The notes under the pieces: generated by a model
The model's input: only the letters and a program-made list of their open reading frames with translations
What the model was told of the DNA's origin: nothing
The model's database searches: none
Virus record (IMG/VR): IMGVR_UViG_3300030330_005386
Coordinates: 1-38,904 of that record
Source of the DNA: a virus
Strand: one strand, 5' to 3'
Length of the DNA: 38,904 bases
Part shown: piece by piece, positions 1 through 10,783 of the stretch
How the letters are laid out: every line of letters begins with the position of its first letter
How positions within the stretch are numbered: position 1 is the first letter of the stretch
Made by a program: the position numbers and the translations under genes

Positions 1-161
1 CCGCCACCACCAGTCCATGCGCCACCAGATCCACCACCACCAAACATCGCAAGTAATGCCTCAAATCCTCCACCAGCACTAGATGTTGATCTACTTACAA
101 CACCACCTCCTAATCCTGTTAAACCTTGAATAGGTTTCTCTTTCTTATGCCAATTAAACAT
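1..161 (-). CDS. Gly-rich structural protein, N-terminal fragment (gene runs off the left edge)
   Basis: ATG at 161..159 is preceded by GGAGG with 6-nt spacing, 13 nt after the stop of the 880-aa ORF. It translates MFNWHKKEKPIQGLTGLGGGVVSRSTSSAGGGFEALLAMFGGGGSGGAWTGGG and stays open to the window edge. It is absent from the ORF track because it has no in-window stop. Confidence 0.45.
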   Translation of the reverse strand, partial: MFNWHKKEKPIQGLTGLGGGVVSRSTSSAGGGFEALLAMFGGGGSGGAWTGGG

Positions 162-173
162 ATCTACCTCCTA

Positions 174-2816
174 TCAAGAAGTCTTAGTCTGAGTTGCTAT
201 TACGGTGTATGTAGCACTTGCAGTCTTCATGATTGTATACGCATAGATGTCAACACCACCATCACCACCGTCAGAAGGAGCACTACCACCAGTCCAGTTT
301 AATGTGCCACCATTGGTTCCAACCGTGTTACCATCGATATTAACTGTTGCAGCATATCCAGCGGCGGCCGCAGTGGTAACTATAGTGACAGAGATTGCAT
401 CACCATTTGCCATTGTGTTGTTTAGTGATGTTGATGAATTGATTCTAATATTTGGAGTAGCTGTGGTTGTTTCAGTTGTGGTGAACAAATGCATCATTCC
501 ATCTGCAAGATCAATATCCGTATTGTCACTTAACTTACCAGAGGTAACATTAACTCTCTCAATCAGTTCACCATTATTAAAGTGAATACCACCACCTGAG
601 GTGATACGCATTCTTTCCGTTGGTGTTACTGCTCCATCAGCAGTCGTCGAGAACATTAACCTACCCGGCATGTCATTTGCGCCAGGGGTGCCATCTGATT
701 CACAAATAACAGATGCAGCCTGAACAAATTCAGTTCCGTCGTTACCTTGGAATATTACCCTACCAAGAGTGTCACCAGATTGAACAATAGTATTTGATCC
801 AACAGAAGTGCCACGCGATCTCGCAAGTGTAATAATTGGATCGGTACTGGTGCTGTTTATAACGCACGAAACAGTGCTTGTATTGTTATCAGTACCTTCT
901 ACCTGGAGCGCCGCACTAAGCGTTGTATTAAAGAAATTACTACGCGCAGAAGAGGCACCAATTAAGAACCGCCCAGATGAATCGGTACGAGTTCTCTCGC
1001 TACCATTAGTATGTACAGTAAATGTATCGGCAGCAGGGAATCTGATTGCAGTATCAGTATCACCAGTGTGAATAATAGAATCTGCGATAGATACATTACT
1101 CTTGAATGTACCAACACCAGTAATATCAAGTCCATTTGCTAGGACTTGAATACCCTGTTGTGCCGTGATAATACCAATAGAATCAATATTTTCTACATCT
1201 TGATATGTGAGTGTTCCGCCAATTGTAACATTACCAGTGAAAGAAGCACTCGTAGCAGTAAGAACTCCAGTAACTCTTAAACCAGCAGTAAATTCAGGAG
1301 CTCCTGTTCCTGCAGCATCAGCAAAGTTATCAGCACGAACTCTACCACCAGACTTACCAAGTGCAGGTAATGTTTGAGTGGTTCCGATACCAAGAATATT
1401 AGGAACAAATTCATCACCATCACCAACGATTAAGTCTGCATCTTCACTAACTTCAATCTCTGCATATTGCGTATATGCGACTATGGCAGTATCGGGAGGA
1501 TCGATAGTAATTGTTGATGCGACACCGAGAACTTGATCGGTATAGTAAATCTTGTTAAGTGGACTTGTATTGTCAGAACTCAGTGCAGTTCCAAGTCCAG
1601 CAGGTAAGTTTGTAAGGTTGCTACCATCGCCTTCAAATGATGTTGCAGTGGCAACACCAGTAATTACAACACCGTTAGGGTTCGCTTGTGCTTTTACATT
1701 ACCACCATCATCTTTCAGTGATGTAGCATCAATTCCAGTTAAGTTAGAACCATCACCAAAGTATGTTGTTGCTAATACGCCAGTGGAGTTAAACGTAACA
1801 ATACCAACTCCATTACTGGAATAAGCAACAGATCCATCAGCAGGAGCGAAGAATCCAGTGTTAGAGTCGTTACCAAATGATAGTGATGGTGCCGCTACTG
1901 TTCCTGTCGAGAATGCAACACTAGTCAGTTGAGTAATAATACCAACGTTAAATGGTGCTGCGTCTACCCACTGTGCGCTATTATCATCTTGATAATAGAT
2001 GAAGAGTCGTCCAAGTCCTGTGTTATACCACAGGTTACCAGCAGTGACAATACCAGTAAACGCATCTCCAGGTGTTGAACCAACGCCAATACTTGCACTA
2101 CCACCACCACTTCCTCCACCACCTTGGAAGCTCAGAGTTACAATACCAACGGCAGAGTTGAATTGGGCAGTTGTAAATCCAGGGCCTCTAAACTCAAGGA
2201 AAGATACACCGTATCCAACCAATCCAAGAGATGTTCCAATACCAATTTGTCCTGCACCAACAAATTGAGCGGCAGTTACAACACCGCTAATATTTGCTCC
2301 ACCACTAAATGTTGGGGTGTTTGATAATGTGGTGATATCTGCAGTGGCAATAGTTGCAGTGCCACTTACATTTACATCAGTACTATCAAGTGATGTAATT
2401 GTACTGATACCAGTAACTGTTATGCCATCATTGAATGATGTCAGTCCAACAAACGTTGGAACTGTTGCAATACCAGTAAGGGTTAAATTTCTACCACTAA
2501 TTTCATCATATGAGATGTCAGCAAAAGTAGTAAAACCAGTGACTGTAAGTTGATCTACACTTACACCACCAAAGGTAGAGAACCCAGTAACATTTAAATT
2601 ACCAAGATTTACATCACCCGCAGATGCTTCAAGCGTTGCAATCGTAGCAACACCTGTAATATTGATATCCGTTGCTGCAATTCCACCACGAACGTCTAAA
2701 GTGGAGCGAGGGCCAGTACTCGCAATACCAACTTTCTTACTACTAGCGTCCGCAACAATAAGATCAGAGTTAACCTCTAAGCCATTCTTGACGACAAAAC
2801 TCTTATCTACTGCCAT
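174..2816 (-). CDS. Tail-fibre-like virion structural protein (880 aa)
   Basis: Long ORF. The N-terminus has many short TG(V/I/F)(A/S)T-type repeats typical of phage fibres. It carries two F/Y-x-GDGSNLT motifs also seen in the 1959-aa ORF. A TATAAATA motif lies 33 nt upstream. Confidence 0.7.
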   Translation of the reverse strand: MAVDKSFVVKNGLEVNSDLIVADASSKKVGIASTGPRSTLDVRGGIAATDINITGVATIATLEASAGDVNLGNLNVTGFSTFGGVSVDQLTVTGFTTFADISYDEISGRNLTLTGIATVPTFVGLTSFNDGITVTGISTITSLDSTDVNVSGTATIATADITTLSNTPTFSGGANISGVVTAAQFVGAGQIGIGTSLGLVGYGVSFLEFRGPGFTTAQFNSAVGIVTLSFQGGGGSGGGSASIGVGSTPGDAFTGIVTAGNLWYNTGLGRLFIYYQDDNSAQWVDAAPFNVGIITQLTSVAFSTGTVAAPSLSFGNDSNTGFFAPADGSVAYSSNGVGIVTFNSTGVLATTYFGDGSNLTGIDATSLKDDGGNVKAQANPNGVVITGVATATSFEGDGSNLTNLPAGLGTALSSDNTSPLNKIYYTDQVLGVASTITIDPPDTAIVAYTQYAEIEVSEDADLIVGDGDEFVPNILGIGTTQTLPALGKSGGRVRADNFADAAGTGAPEFTAGLRVTGVLTATSASFTGNVTIGGTLTYQDVENIDSIGIITAQQGIQVLANGLDITGVGTFKSNVSIADSIIHTGDTDTAIRFPAADTFTVHTNGSERTRTDSSGRFLIGASSARSNFFNTTLSAALQVEGTDNNTSTVSCVINSTSTDPIITLARSRGTSVGSNTIVQSGDTLGRVIFQGNDGTEFVQAASVICESDGTPGANDMPGRLMFSTTADGAVTPTERMRITSGGGIHFNNGELIERVNVTSGKLSDNTDIDLADGMMHLFTTTETTTATPNIRINSSTSLNNTMANGDAISVTIVTTAAAAGYAATVNIDGNTVGTNGGTLNWTGGSAPSDGGDGGVDIYAYTIMKTASATYTVIATQTKTS

Positions 2817-2848
2817 TTGGGTTCACTATCCCCCGTTAGATTTTTTAT

Positions 2849-2856
2849 TATTTATA
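2849..2856 (-). promoter_or_regulatory. T4-type late promoter motif TATAAATA
   Basis: Exact TATAAATA on the minus strand, in the 44-nt gap between the 665-aa ORF stop (2861) and the 880-aa ORF start (2816). Confidence 0.45.
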
Positions 2857-2860
2857 GTAT

Positions 2861-4858
2861 CTAGAACTGATATCTTGTAGTATTAATCCATCTACCCTTA
2901 TCAGGGGTGATACTTAAACTTCCAGGATTACTGTCAGTGTCACTACATGTTAAAGTATTGTCCGATAATGTTCTTGTATCTACATTACTTGTATCAGTAA
3001 TATCATAAATTGATCCATCTTCAATATCTGCGGTTACAGTTGATGGTAAATCTCCACTAAAACCTGCAGCAGAACCAAATGTAATTGTAGAGGGGCCAAA
3101 TCCACTTACTAATGTCATAACAACTTGAATATTTTCAGTTGATGTACGAGTCTGAGTAAAGGTAACTGTCTCTATCTCGTTTGCTAACTCAATTAAAAAA
3201 TATCCACTACCTACGTTACCACCCGCTTGTGTCGAAATTATTTCTGGCCTTCCATTTGAATATCCTGATGCTCCGCCTCCACCACCCGTTTCAGATGCAC
3301 CATCACCACCAATATAACCTGCTGCACCTCCACCTTGAGTTGATCCGCCAATTCCACCGTTGTTTCTATATCCCAGTCCTGCTTTGTAACCTCTTACAAT
3401 AGAACCAGATCCATTGATTATTGATCCATCAGCAGCAGTTCTTGCCTGCGTAAGTTCTCCATTTTCAACATCAGAGCAAGGAGGAACTCCAAGTCTTCTA
3501 TAATATCCTCCAATTGTACAACCGGAAATCTTACCACCTGTGCGTTCTCTATTTCCAGCACCTGTTGGAGTTTGAAGTCCTCCCTGGAAGTATCCACTTA
3601 CAGTCGCAGCACCATCCTCTACTCTGGCTCCTCCACTTCCTCTTCCGGGCCCATCACCATCTCTTCCTGCTAGACTCATGCCACCGCCATTACCTCCTCT
3701 TCCTCTCTCTCCTGCACCACCGCCACCACCACATACTGCCATAATCGCTGCCTTATTATAGATATATGCTCCTGCTCCACCTCCTCCAAAGTCACTTCCA
3801 TAATTTCCAGCGATTTTAAAAACAAATTCTTCATTTTTCTCCATTGTTATAACAAAGACGGAAACCCCTCCTTCACCACCTTTATAACCAAATCTATCTG
3901 CTCCTGAAGGAGCAGCAATTGTGATTTTTACTTTAACATCTTTTTCATCAGCCCATACAACATAAGATCTACCACCTAATAATACTCCAAGTCTAACAGG
4001 ATCATTATTTTGCTGCCTTTCAAATAAATTATAAGATTCAGTCGGTGCAATAAGAGATGTAGAACCATAATTAAGTTGTTCCACTTTGATCATCTGTCTA
4101 GCATCAACCACTGTCAGAGTTGCATCATCTGAGGTAATAGGAGAATTTCCAGCAGTTGGATGAGATACAGTTACAGTGATTGTAGAATCACCAATCGTAT
4201 CGCTTGAAATTGTAAGAGTGGGTGATTGAGCACCACTTACTGTATCACTGTTGGCCAATGGAGTTCCATCTTGATTCCACTGATATGAAACATCAGAACC
4301 ATCTGAGGCAGATGCTACAACAGTGAAGGTTGCATCAACACCTTGAGCAACCTCATCATCAGTTGCTTGTGTGGTGATAGAAATTGTTGGATTTACTGTG
4401 ACAATTACAGAACCGGCAGCATTACTATCTAAACGTTGATTCTCATTCGACGCCTTTCCTGTCGATCTTGCTATACCAGCGGTGATGGCACCAGACTCTG
4501 ATTGATATGCGGATTCTGTGTAAGATGCACGAAGAAAAATTGATTTGCCAGTTTCAGATGGGTTTTGAAGATCCTGAATTGTTATCTCATTAGTTTGAGA
4601 ACCACTTATTTTTCCAGATACATCTTCAGCAGCAATTCCATCAATATACCATTGATATGCTATTTCACCAGTATTTGTTACCCTTTCTCCAGGAATTGTT
4701 GTTGGATTGTGTTTGAATTCAGCAGTTGCTAAACCAGATAATGTGACATCATCTCCTGCATTTACGGTAACAGACTCTGGAGTTGAAGTGAACCTAAGAT
4801 AAGGCCCATTCAAATCCAGTGTCGTATTTGTGCTATTGTAGAACGCTAATCCTATCAT
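2861..4858 (-). CDS. Structural protein with Ig-like repeats and a glycine-rich domain (665 aa)
   Basis: Two Ig-like signatures (YQWYIDG..., YQWNQDGTPL...) are followed by poly-Gly blocks alternating with short beta-like segments (GGGGAGAYIYNKAAIMAVCGGGGGAG...GGGGGASGYSNG). The start overlaps the stop of the 1959-aa ORF by 4 nt. Confidence 0.7.
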   Translation of the reverse strand: MIGLAFYNSTNTTLDLNGPYLRFTSTPESVTVNAGDDVTLSGLATAEFKHNPTTIPGERVTNTGEIAYQWYIDGIAAEDVSGKISGSQTNEITIQDLQNPSETGKSIFLRASYTESAYQSESGAITAGIARSTGKASNENQRLDSNAAGSVIVTVNPTISITTQATDDEVAQGVDATFTVVASASDGSDVSYQWNQDGTPLANSDTVSGAQSPTLTISSDTIGDSTITVTVSHPTAGNSPITSDDATLTVVDARQMIKVEQLNYGSTSLIAPTESYNLFERQQNNDPVRLGVLLGGRSYVVWADEKDVKVKITIAAPSGADRFGYKGGEGGVSVFVITMEKNEEFVFKIAGNYGSDFGGGGAGAYIYNKAAIMAVCGGGGGAGERGRGGNGGGMSLAGRDGDGPGRGSGGARVEDGAATVSGYFQGGLQTPTGAGNRERTGGKISGCTIGGYYRRLGVPPCSDVENGELTQARTAADGSIINGSGSIVRGYKAGLGYRNNGGIGGSTQGGGAAGYIGGDGASETGGGGGASGYSNGRPEIISTQAGGNVGSGYFLIELANEIETVTFTQTRTSTENIQVVMTLVSGFGPSTITFGSAAGFSGDLPSTVTADIEDGSIYDITDTSNVDTRTLSDNTLTCSDTDSNPGSLSITPDKGRWINTTRYQF

Positions 4859-7800
4859 GCGAAGTTCTGTCCTCCAACTACGCCGAAGAGTGTTGATCCA
4901 CCATCGAATGTCTTAAACGAATAGATATCCGATGTATTTGCTGATGTAGTAACAATAGGTAATACACCACCTGCGGGGAACTTAACATCAATGTCAGATC
5001 CACCATTGTCCTTAAAGGTAGCGATTCCAACAGAATATCCAGTGCTATCCTGAGTTATAAGTATTGAGAACGCAGTGGCACCTGAAGGAGGATTAAGAAG
5101 AGTGAACTGTGTCACTGCCTCATCAACAGTCAGGGTGAAGGATTGTGCAATAGACAAGTCAATGTTTACATTACCACCAGAGATGTCCAGTTCTTGAACA
5201 TACTCAGAGTAAGTCTTGAACTTAGCAGATCCTTCAATGTCAACCTTTGCTCTAGGAGTTGCAGTTCCAAATCCAGTTTGATTACTAGAAGTAGAAAGTG
5301 CAGTGCCAACAACAATATTGGTTGCAGTAATAATACCAGTGCGTATCTCACCAGATGTACTATCTAGTTTATGAGATGCAGCAGTCATTACGCCGCTGAC
5401 ATTTACGTTAACAACATCAATTCTGCCATCGAAAATTGAGTTGTTTCTAACCTTCAGATCAGTTGTTCCCGTTCCTGTTGTTCCAAGATCAAGATTGAAG
5501 TGAGGAACTGTTGTACCGATACCGACATTAACAAGATTGTTAGGATAGATACCAGTACCTAATCCAGATGCAACACCACTCCAGAGACTGTCAGTCTGAA
5601 GATTAAAGAGTTCAGAACCATCACCAACAAATTTTGTAGCAGTAGCAACACCAGCAGAATTAATATTACCGCTGAAATATGCATCACCCTCAACTCTAAA
5701 CTGGAAGGTGTTTGCGGAAGTACCAACACCTACTCTTCCTGCTGTATCAACAGAGAATTCAGTTGAACCATTTCCAACTTGTAAGACATTGTTTCCAGGA
5801 GTTGTGGTAGCAATGCCAACTGCATCAAAGATTCCAATACTCAGAGTCTTAGAAAGACTTACACTACCGAAACGATACCAATCATTATCTGTAGTATAAA
5901 TCCAACCAACATAACCACCCTTAGCAGGATTAGCATTGTAAACTACATCACCAGGGTTACCCGAAAGTGAAGGTGTAGCAATACCAACTGTGTACTTTCT
6001 AGAAACAGTGGTGTCACCTTGTAAGAACAGAGAGTTGGACTCAATGCCTTTAGTTGAAGTAGAGGTAATCTTTTCGTTGAAAATTACAGGGCCGTCAAAC
6101 TCAGAAACGATATTTCCTTCTGGGCCACCCTCAACTCTCAGTGAGCGACTGATTGATGCCTCAAGTGGAGTAAGAACATCAAATCCAACACTAACACCGC
6201 TGGTTGATACATCCTCACCAGTTACAGTGGGGATGGGAGCATCAAATACTTCCTCCTGTCCAGTAGCAGAACTTACCTTCTTATTGCCGACATAGAAGTC
6301 ACCAGCATCATTCATACCGGTGTAAACATTTACACCACCATCATACTTCAGAGACTGAGAGATAAGTGCTTCTCTCGTCGTGAGAGATCTATCTTGCTTT
6401 TCAGGGAGAGCAGTAGAATAGTTACCAGGGCCGTAACCAACATATTCAAATGTATGTCCAGAAGCACGAATGATAGAGTTTCTTCTAAATTCGACAGGAC
6501 GACAAGCGACTCTCTTAACTACGGCATTAATAGCGTGAGTGGTTGCTCTGGTTCCAAGAACACCTCTGAATACTGAAACAGGATTACCAGTCACAGTTGT
6601 CTTGACTCTGACGATTTCCTCATCAATCAACAGATAATCACCAATATTAATATCAGTATCAGTGACATTCAGAATATCAACATCAGTTGTTGATGCAGTA
6701 ACAATTGAAGCTGAAATCGTTGTAGTGATACCAGCATAAGTGGTTTGCTGTCTACCACTCAGGTTTTCATTTTCAACTACAACATTACCACCAGCAGATG
6801 CATAACTGAATGGATATACTCTAATGGTTCCTGAAGGATCAGGTGCTGTGGTTCCAACACCAACGCTGATTTCAAATGAAGTTTGAGATTCAGTCTTCTT
6901 GATGATGTAATCACCTTGATAAAGTGACTGATCAATTCCACCGAGTTTGATTTTGTTATTAACTCTCAGTCCATGATTCTCAGTGGTGGTAACAACACCA
7001 ACTCCAGTGACTCTATTGTAGTTAAAGGAACTTACATTCAGAGATCTACCATTTATTTGTACGGCAGCGGACGTAAGATCTGTAATACCGATACCAGATG
7101 CACCACCAACTGTTGCGGCAGATGCAACTTGAACCACTTTTGCAGCGCCAGCATTTACACCAGTGATTCTGTAAAGAGTATTATAAGGATAATTTGATTG
7201 TGGTTTAGCATTGACTAATTCAATTGTATCACCAGTGTTATCATGAATCTTAGTGACAGTTACGATACCAACAGAGTGAGGTGCAGTAGTTCCAACACCA
7301 ACAATTTGCAGCGAATCACCAACTGAGTAAGCACTACCGCCGTCCATGATCTTGGCAGCGACAATGTTACCAGAAGAATTAACTTCCAGTCTCGCAGTTG
7401 CATTTTGTCCTTGAGTTGATGCAGCACCCGAAGAAACTAACTTAGCATTGTAAATATAACCAGCACTTCCGTTTCCATATCCAGCACCACTATCAGCGAT
7501 ACCAATATTAACAACACGATTCAGTCCGTGATCAATTGTGGAGAAGAATGTGTGAGCAGTGCCAGTACTGTTAGACTGAACTTCAGTAACACCAAAACCA
7601 ATATTATAATCAAATACCTGAGCGTTAAGTGTTTCTTTCGTAATGCTACTCTGTAAATCATCACTTACAGTCTCACCAACAGGTGTAGCGAGAGCAAACG
7701 ATGAAGATGCATTAGGATCACTCTTAGGATTATCTCTATTAGTCTGAGGATAGAGTTGTTGAATAGACTGAGAGAATCTTTCAGTAGAGAACGGAGATAC

Positions 7801-10734
7801 TGTTGGAGAGTTTGAATTATTAACAATCAGCAGATGATAGATACCATCTTGCTCACCAGCAACATATCTTTGAACCTGCTGTGCGCGATATACTTGATAA
7901 GTTCCCTTTGTCCTTGTCTGAGTGAATGTAGGAAGACTTGTCGTTCTAGCAGATGTATCATTAGTAAATGCACCTGGGCCTGCAGAACTTACAAGAGATA
8001 CAGTAAACTCTCTTGCACTTGTGATTCCCGTAACATTGAACTTACCATTAAATCCAGAGTTTGCAGTTCCTACTGGATTGTTCGCACTGACAATATTCTT
8101 AATCTCAACTTCAGATCCTATCTTCAGATCGTGAGGGAGTTCAGTTAAGATATTTGCAACATTGCCACTCCAACTTGCATTAGCAATGAATCTAAAGTTT
8201 CTCTGCTCGTCAGCATTGCTGAGAGTGACAGTTGTGGGACTAAAGTATGTTGCAACTTCAGTATCTGTAGCACCTGTGGTTGTGGAAGAATCTTGAAGGA
8301 TATAACCATCAATTGGTGGACGTGCAGAAGAAATACCAGATCCTGCAGGAATAACATAACGTGCTCTATAAATCGTATCAATGACGTTTCTAGTGTCAGG
8401 TTTACGATTGATGAAAGTTCTAGGAGTTGCATCACCAAGAGATGTGGTTCCCAGTGAAACGAGAGTTGGAAAGATGCTATTATCAGAGGATGCAGTTCCA
8501 ACAGTTACATACCATTGAGACTCTGTAGAGTCAAACTGAATAGGGTGTCCAATGTCACCAGCAGATTTATCAGATACTCTACTCTGAATTCTTAAAATAC
8601 CACCCTTATTATTGATGGTGAGTGCATCACCATTAATTGAGTCATTGAGAGTTTTTGCAATCTTAATCTGATCTGTTCCTACACCAGATGTAATTGCAAA
8701 GTAAATCGTGTTTGAATCTAATCCATCAGGAAGATGTCCATTTTCAGCGATAACACGAATGCTCTCTCCAGATAATAAGTTGTGGGGACTATCAAGAGTA
8801 ATTGTATTTGATGTAATACTATTGATTCCAGATGTTCTTCCAACTTTATGCTGTTTCTGGAAAGTATCCTGAGTTGAAGTTAACTCAGTATCAGGCATCA
8901 CGATACGAGCCGAATAGTTGGTAGGAGTACCAGCACTATCAGGAATCAGAACATTAAGAGTATCATTCTCTTTTGCACCAATTCTATAACCTTCAATAAC
9001 ACTATCGGGTGCTACATCTTCATTGGTTTGATTATAAAGATACAGTCTACTTGTTGATGCAACACCAACTACAGTCTTTTCTACATCAATAGCATTGAAT
9101 TCAATCGCACCTTCAGCAGTCTCAAGTTCTTTGGGCGGAATAATATGAGTGATATAACCTACATCATCTCTTGTAAATGCAGTATTCTTATATCCTTTAG
9201 ATACAAGTGCTTTTGCACCAAAGTTAGAGTTAGAGTTGGTGACAGATAAGTCACCACCACTCTCGGTTACAAAGTGATTTGCATAACCGATGGCAAAACA
9301 CGAAACGATCTGTATCACAGAATCGTTTGATGCCTTAATGTGGAAGTTTTCGTATTCAGGCTTGAAGACTGCAGAACTGTCTTCGTTGATGTTAGCGTTT
9401 CCAGCAAATGTTGAGTCTTTATACTCTCCACTTGTACGATTATACTTTACGAATGCGTTGGCATCTTTCTGAAGTCCAATACCCGTAAACTGGGCAACAA
9501 CCATGGACTTGAATCCCAATGCCTTGCTGCCATCAGCGTGCATACCGCACATACCGAAGACAGAACGCAGAGAGATGTTAAAGATATAAGGAGACGCAGA
9601 GGTAACTGTATCAGACTGCAGATCAACCTGAGAACCTGTTACAGTGGGAAGTGCATCAGAAGGAGCGTTGGATACACTATACTTAAATTGTGTTGTTCCT
9701 TCAACACTGGACGCTAATACATCACTTACAACAAACTGTCCATTATATGCGTCTGTGCCTACATTAGATACCTTAAATGGGGTGTCTACATCCAGTCCAA
9801 ACAGAGCACTTTCAAGAGTTACCGTAACTTCTGTCGTAGCGGTGACACCATCACCTGCCTTGATACTTGTAATTCCAATTGCACCACTCTTAGGGCCTAC
9901 AATACGGAATTCATCAATCTTGGGTTGAATATCAAGTCCTGCATCAGGATAATCTGGTTGAATCTCTCTACCAGAGGAAGCACCATACGCTAAACCAACC
10001 TTTTCATAGAACATGTCAAGATCAGTTCTACCACCATCAAAATCACTGATAAACGCATCATTGATCTTAACGTCATTTACACCATCAGCGTACTCAAAGC
10101 AAGTGAGTTTATGGTGTGAGAAGTTAGGTACGAAAGTATTAGTTGTATAATCCTTATATACTACGCCATTAGGATCACCATCAAACAGAGAGAACTGCCA
10201 TGCGTAGCAAGTTCCTGTAACTCTGAAAATAGCAGATCTTTCTACGTTTACATTTTCTGGATCTGGAATATATTTCGGACGAATTCTAGTTTTACGAAGA
10301 TCTAAACCTACCAGAGAAGTTCCTCTAGGTAGAATAACTCCACCATGAACACTGTTAAGTTTATATAGTGCGTTGTCGTCGGTTGTGAGATCAAAATTAG
10401 TGGTAAGAGAGAATGAGGGGAAGTCAGAAGATGTGAGTCCGTTTCTTAGTTTGAAATTATTTGCACCGTCAGGAATCCATCCAGGACGGTTATCAACAAT
10501 ATGCTCACCAGGATATAATAGAATTGTAGTCTTACTAAATCTATCGTTATCTAATCCACTCTGATATGAAAATCTAGCTGCTTCAATCAGTGCCCTTTGA
10601 ATAGTTTTAAAAGGACGTGCTAATGAATTTCCCTGATTCTCGATAGAATCTGTGGCGTCTAAATCGTTAGGATTAACGTAGAGAATGTTGCCACGCGCAT
10701 TCTTTAAAAAATTATCTAGACGACTGAGAGGCAT
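4855..10734 (-). CDS. Giant virion structural protein (1959 aa), fibre/baseplate-associated
   Basis: Uninterrupted 5.9-kb ORF. The N-terminus (ARPFKTIQRALIEAA...TILLYPGEH) resembles the cap of right-handed beta-helix proteins. The C-terminal third is fibre-like and carries FVGDGSELFNL, shared with the 880-aa ORF. Confidence 0.75.
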   Translation of the reverse strand: MPLSRLDNFLKNARGNILYVNPNDLDATDSIENQGNSLARPFKTIQRALIEAARFSYQSGLDNDRFSKTTILLYPGEHIVDNRPGWIPDGANNFKLRNGLTSSDFPSFSLTTNFDLTTDDNALYKLNSVHGGVILPRGTSLVGLDLRKTRIRPKYIPDPENVNVERSAIFRVTGTCYAWQFSLFDGDPNGVVYKDYTTNTFVPNFSHHKLTCFEYADGVNDVKINDAFISDFDGGRTDLDMFYEKVGLAYGASSGREIQPDYPDAGLDIQPKIDEFRIVGPKSGAIGITSIKAGDGVTATTEVTVTLESALFGLDVDTPFKVSNVGTDAYNGQFVVSDVLASSVEGTTQFKYSVSNAPSDALPTVTGSQVDLQSDTVTSASPYIFNISLRSVFGMCGMHADGSKALGFKSMVVAQFTGIGLQKDANAFVKYNRTSGEYKDSTFAGNANINEDSSAVFKPEYENFHIKASNDSVIQIVSCFAIGYANHFVTESGGDLSVTNSNSNFGAKALVSKGYKNTAFTRDDVGYITHIIPPKELETAEGAIEFNAIDVEKTVVGVASTSRLYLYNQTNEDVAPDSVIEGYRIGAKENDTLNVLIPDSAGTPTNYSARIVMPDTELTSTQDTFQKQHKVGRTSGINSITSNTITLDSPHNLLSGESIRVIAENGHLPDGLDSNTIYFAITSGVGTDQIKIAKTLNDSINGDALTINNKGGILRIQSRVSDKSAGDIGHPIQFDSTESQWYVTVGTASSDNSIFPTLVSLGTTSLGDATPRTFINRKPDTRNVIDTIYRARYVIPAGSGISSARPPIDGYILQDSSTTTGATDTEVATYFSPTTVTLSNADEQRNFRFIANASWSGNVANILTELPHDLKIGSEVEIKNIVSANNPVGTANSGFNGKFNVTGITSAREFTVSLVSSAGPGAFTNDTSARTTSLPTFTQTRTKGTYQVYRAQQVQRYVAGEQDGIYHLLIVNNSNSPTVSPFSTERFSQSIQQLYPQTNRDNPKSDPNASSSFALATPVGETVSDDLQSSITKETLNAQVFDYNIGFGVTEVQSNSTGTAHTFFSTIDHGLNRVVNIGIADSGAGYGNGSAGYIYNAKLVSSGAASTQGQNATARLEVNSSGNIVAAKIMDGGSAYSVGDSLQIVGVGTTAPHSVGIVTVTKIHDNTGDTIELVNAKPQSNYPYNTLYRITGVNAGAAKVVQVASAATVGGASGIGITDLTSAAVQINGRSLNVSSFNYNRVTGVGVVTTTENHGLRVNNKIKLGGIDQSLYQGDYIIKKTESQTSFEISVGVGTTAPDPSGTIRVYPFSYASAGGNVVVENENLSGRQQTTYAGITTTISASIVTASTTDVDILNVTDTDINIGDYLLIDEEIVRVKTTVTGNPVSVFRGVLGTRATTHAINAVVKRVACRPVEFRRNSIIRASGHTFEYVGYGPGNYSTALPEKQDRSLTTREALISQSLKYDGGVNVYTGMNDAGDFYVGNKKVSSATGQEEVFDAPIPTVTGEDVSTSGVSVGFDVLTPLEASISRSLRVEGGPEGNIVSEFDGPVIFNEKITSTSTKGIESNSLFLQGDTTVSRKYTVGIATPSLSGNPGDVVYNANPAKGGYVGWIYTTDNDWYRFGSVSLSKTLSIGIFDAVGIATTTPGNNVLQVGNGSTEFSVDTAGRVGVGTSANTFQFRVEGDAYFSGNINSAGVATATKFVGDGSELFNLQTDSLWSGVASGLGTGIYPNNLVNVGIGTTVPHFNLDLGTTGTGTTDLKVRNNSIFDGRIDVVNVNVSGVMTAASHKLDSTSGEIRTGIITATNIVVGTALSTSSNQTGFGTATPRAKVDIEGSAKFKTYSEYVQELDISGGNVNIDLSIAQSFTLTVDEAVTQFTLLNPPSGATAFSILITQDSTGYSVGIATFKDNGGSDIDVKFPAGGVLPIVTTSANTSDIYSFKTFDGGSTLFGVVGGQNFA

Positions 10735-10763
10735 CTTACTAACGCACTATTTCTGTTGTTAGT

Positions 10764-10771
10764 TATTTATC
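10764..10771 (-). promoter_or_regulatory. Late-promoter-like motif GATAAATA
   Basis: GATAAATA on the minus strand, 30 nt upstream of the ATG at 10734 and directly downstream of tRNA-Thr. Confidence 0.35.
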
Positions 10772-10783
10772 ATTATCTAATCA

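Noticed and set aside
3181-3744. His/Leu-rich plus-strand ORFs (73 and 76 aa).
   Set aside because: They are antisense to the polyglycine blocks of the 665-aa ORF, where GGT/GGA runs read as His/Pro/Leu on the opposite strand. They have no start context.
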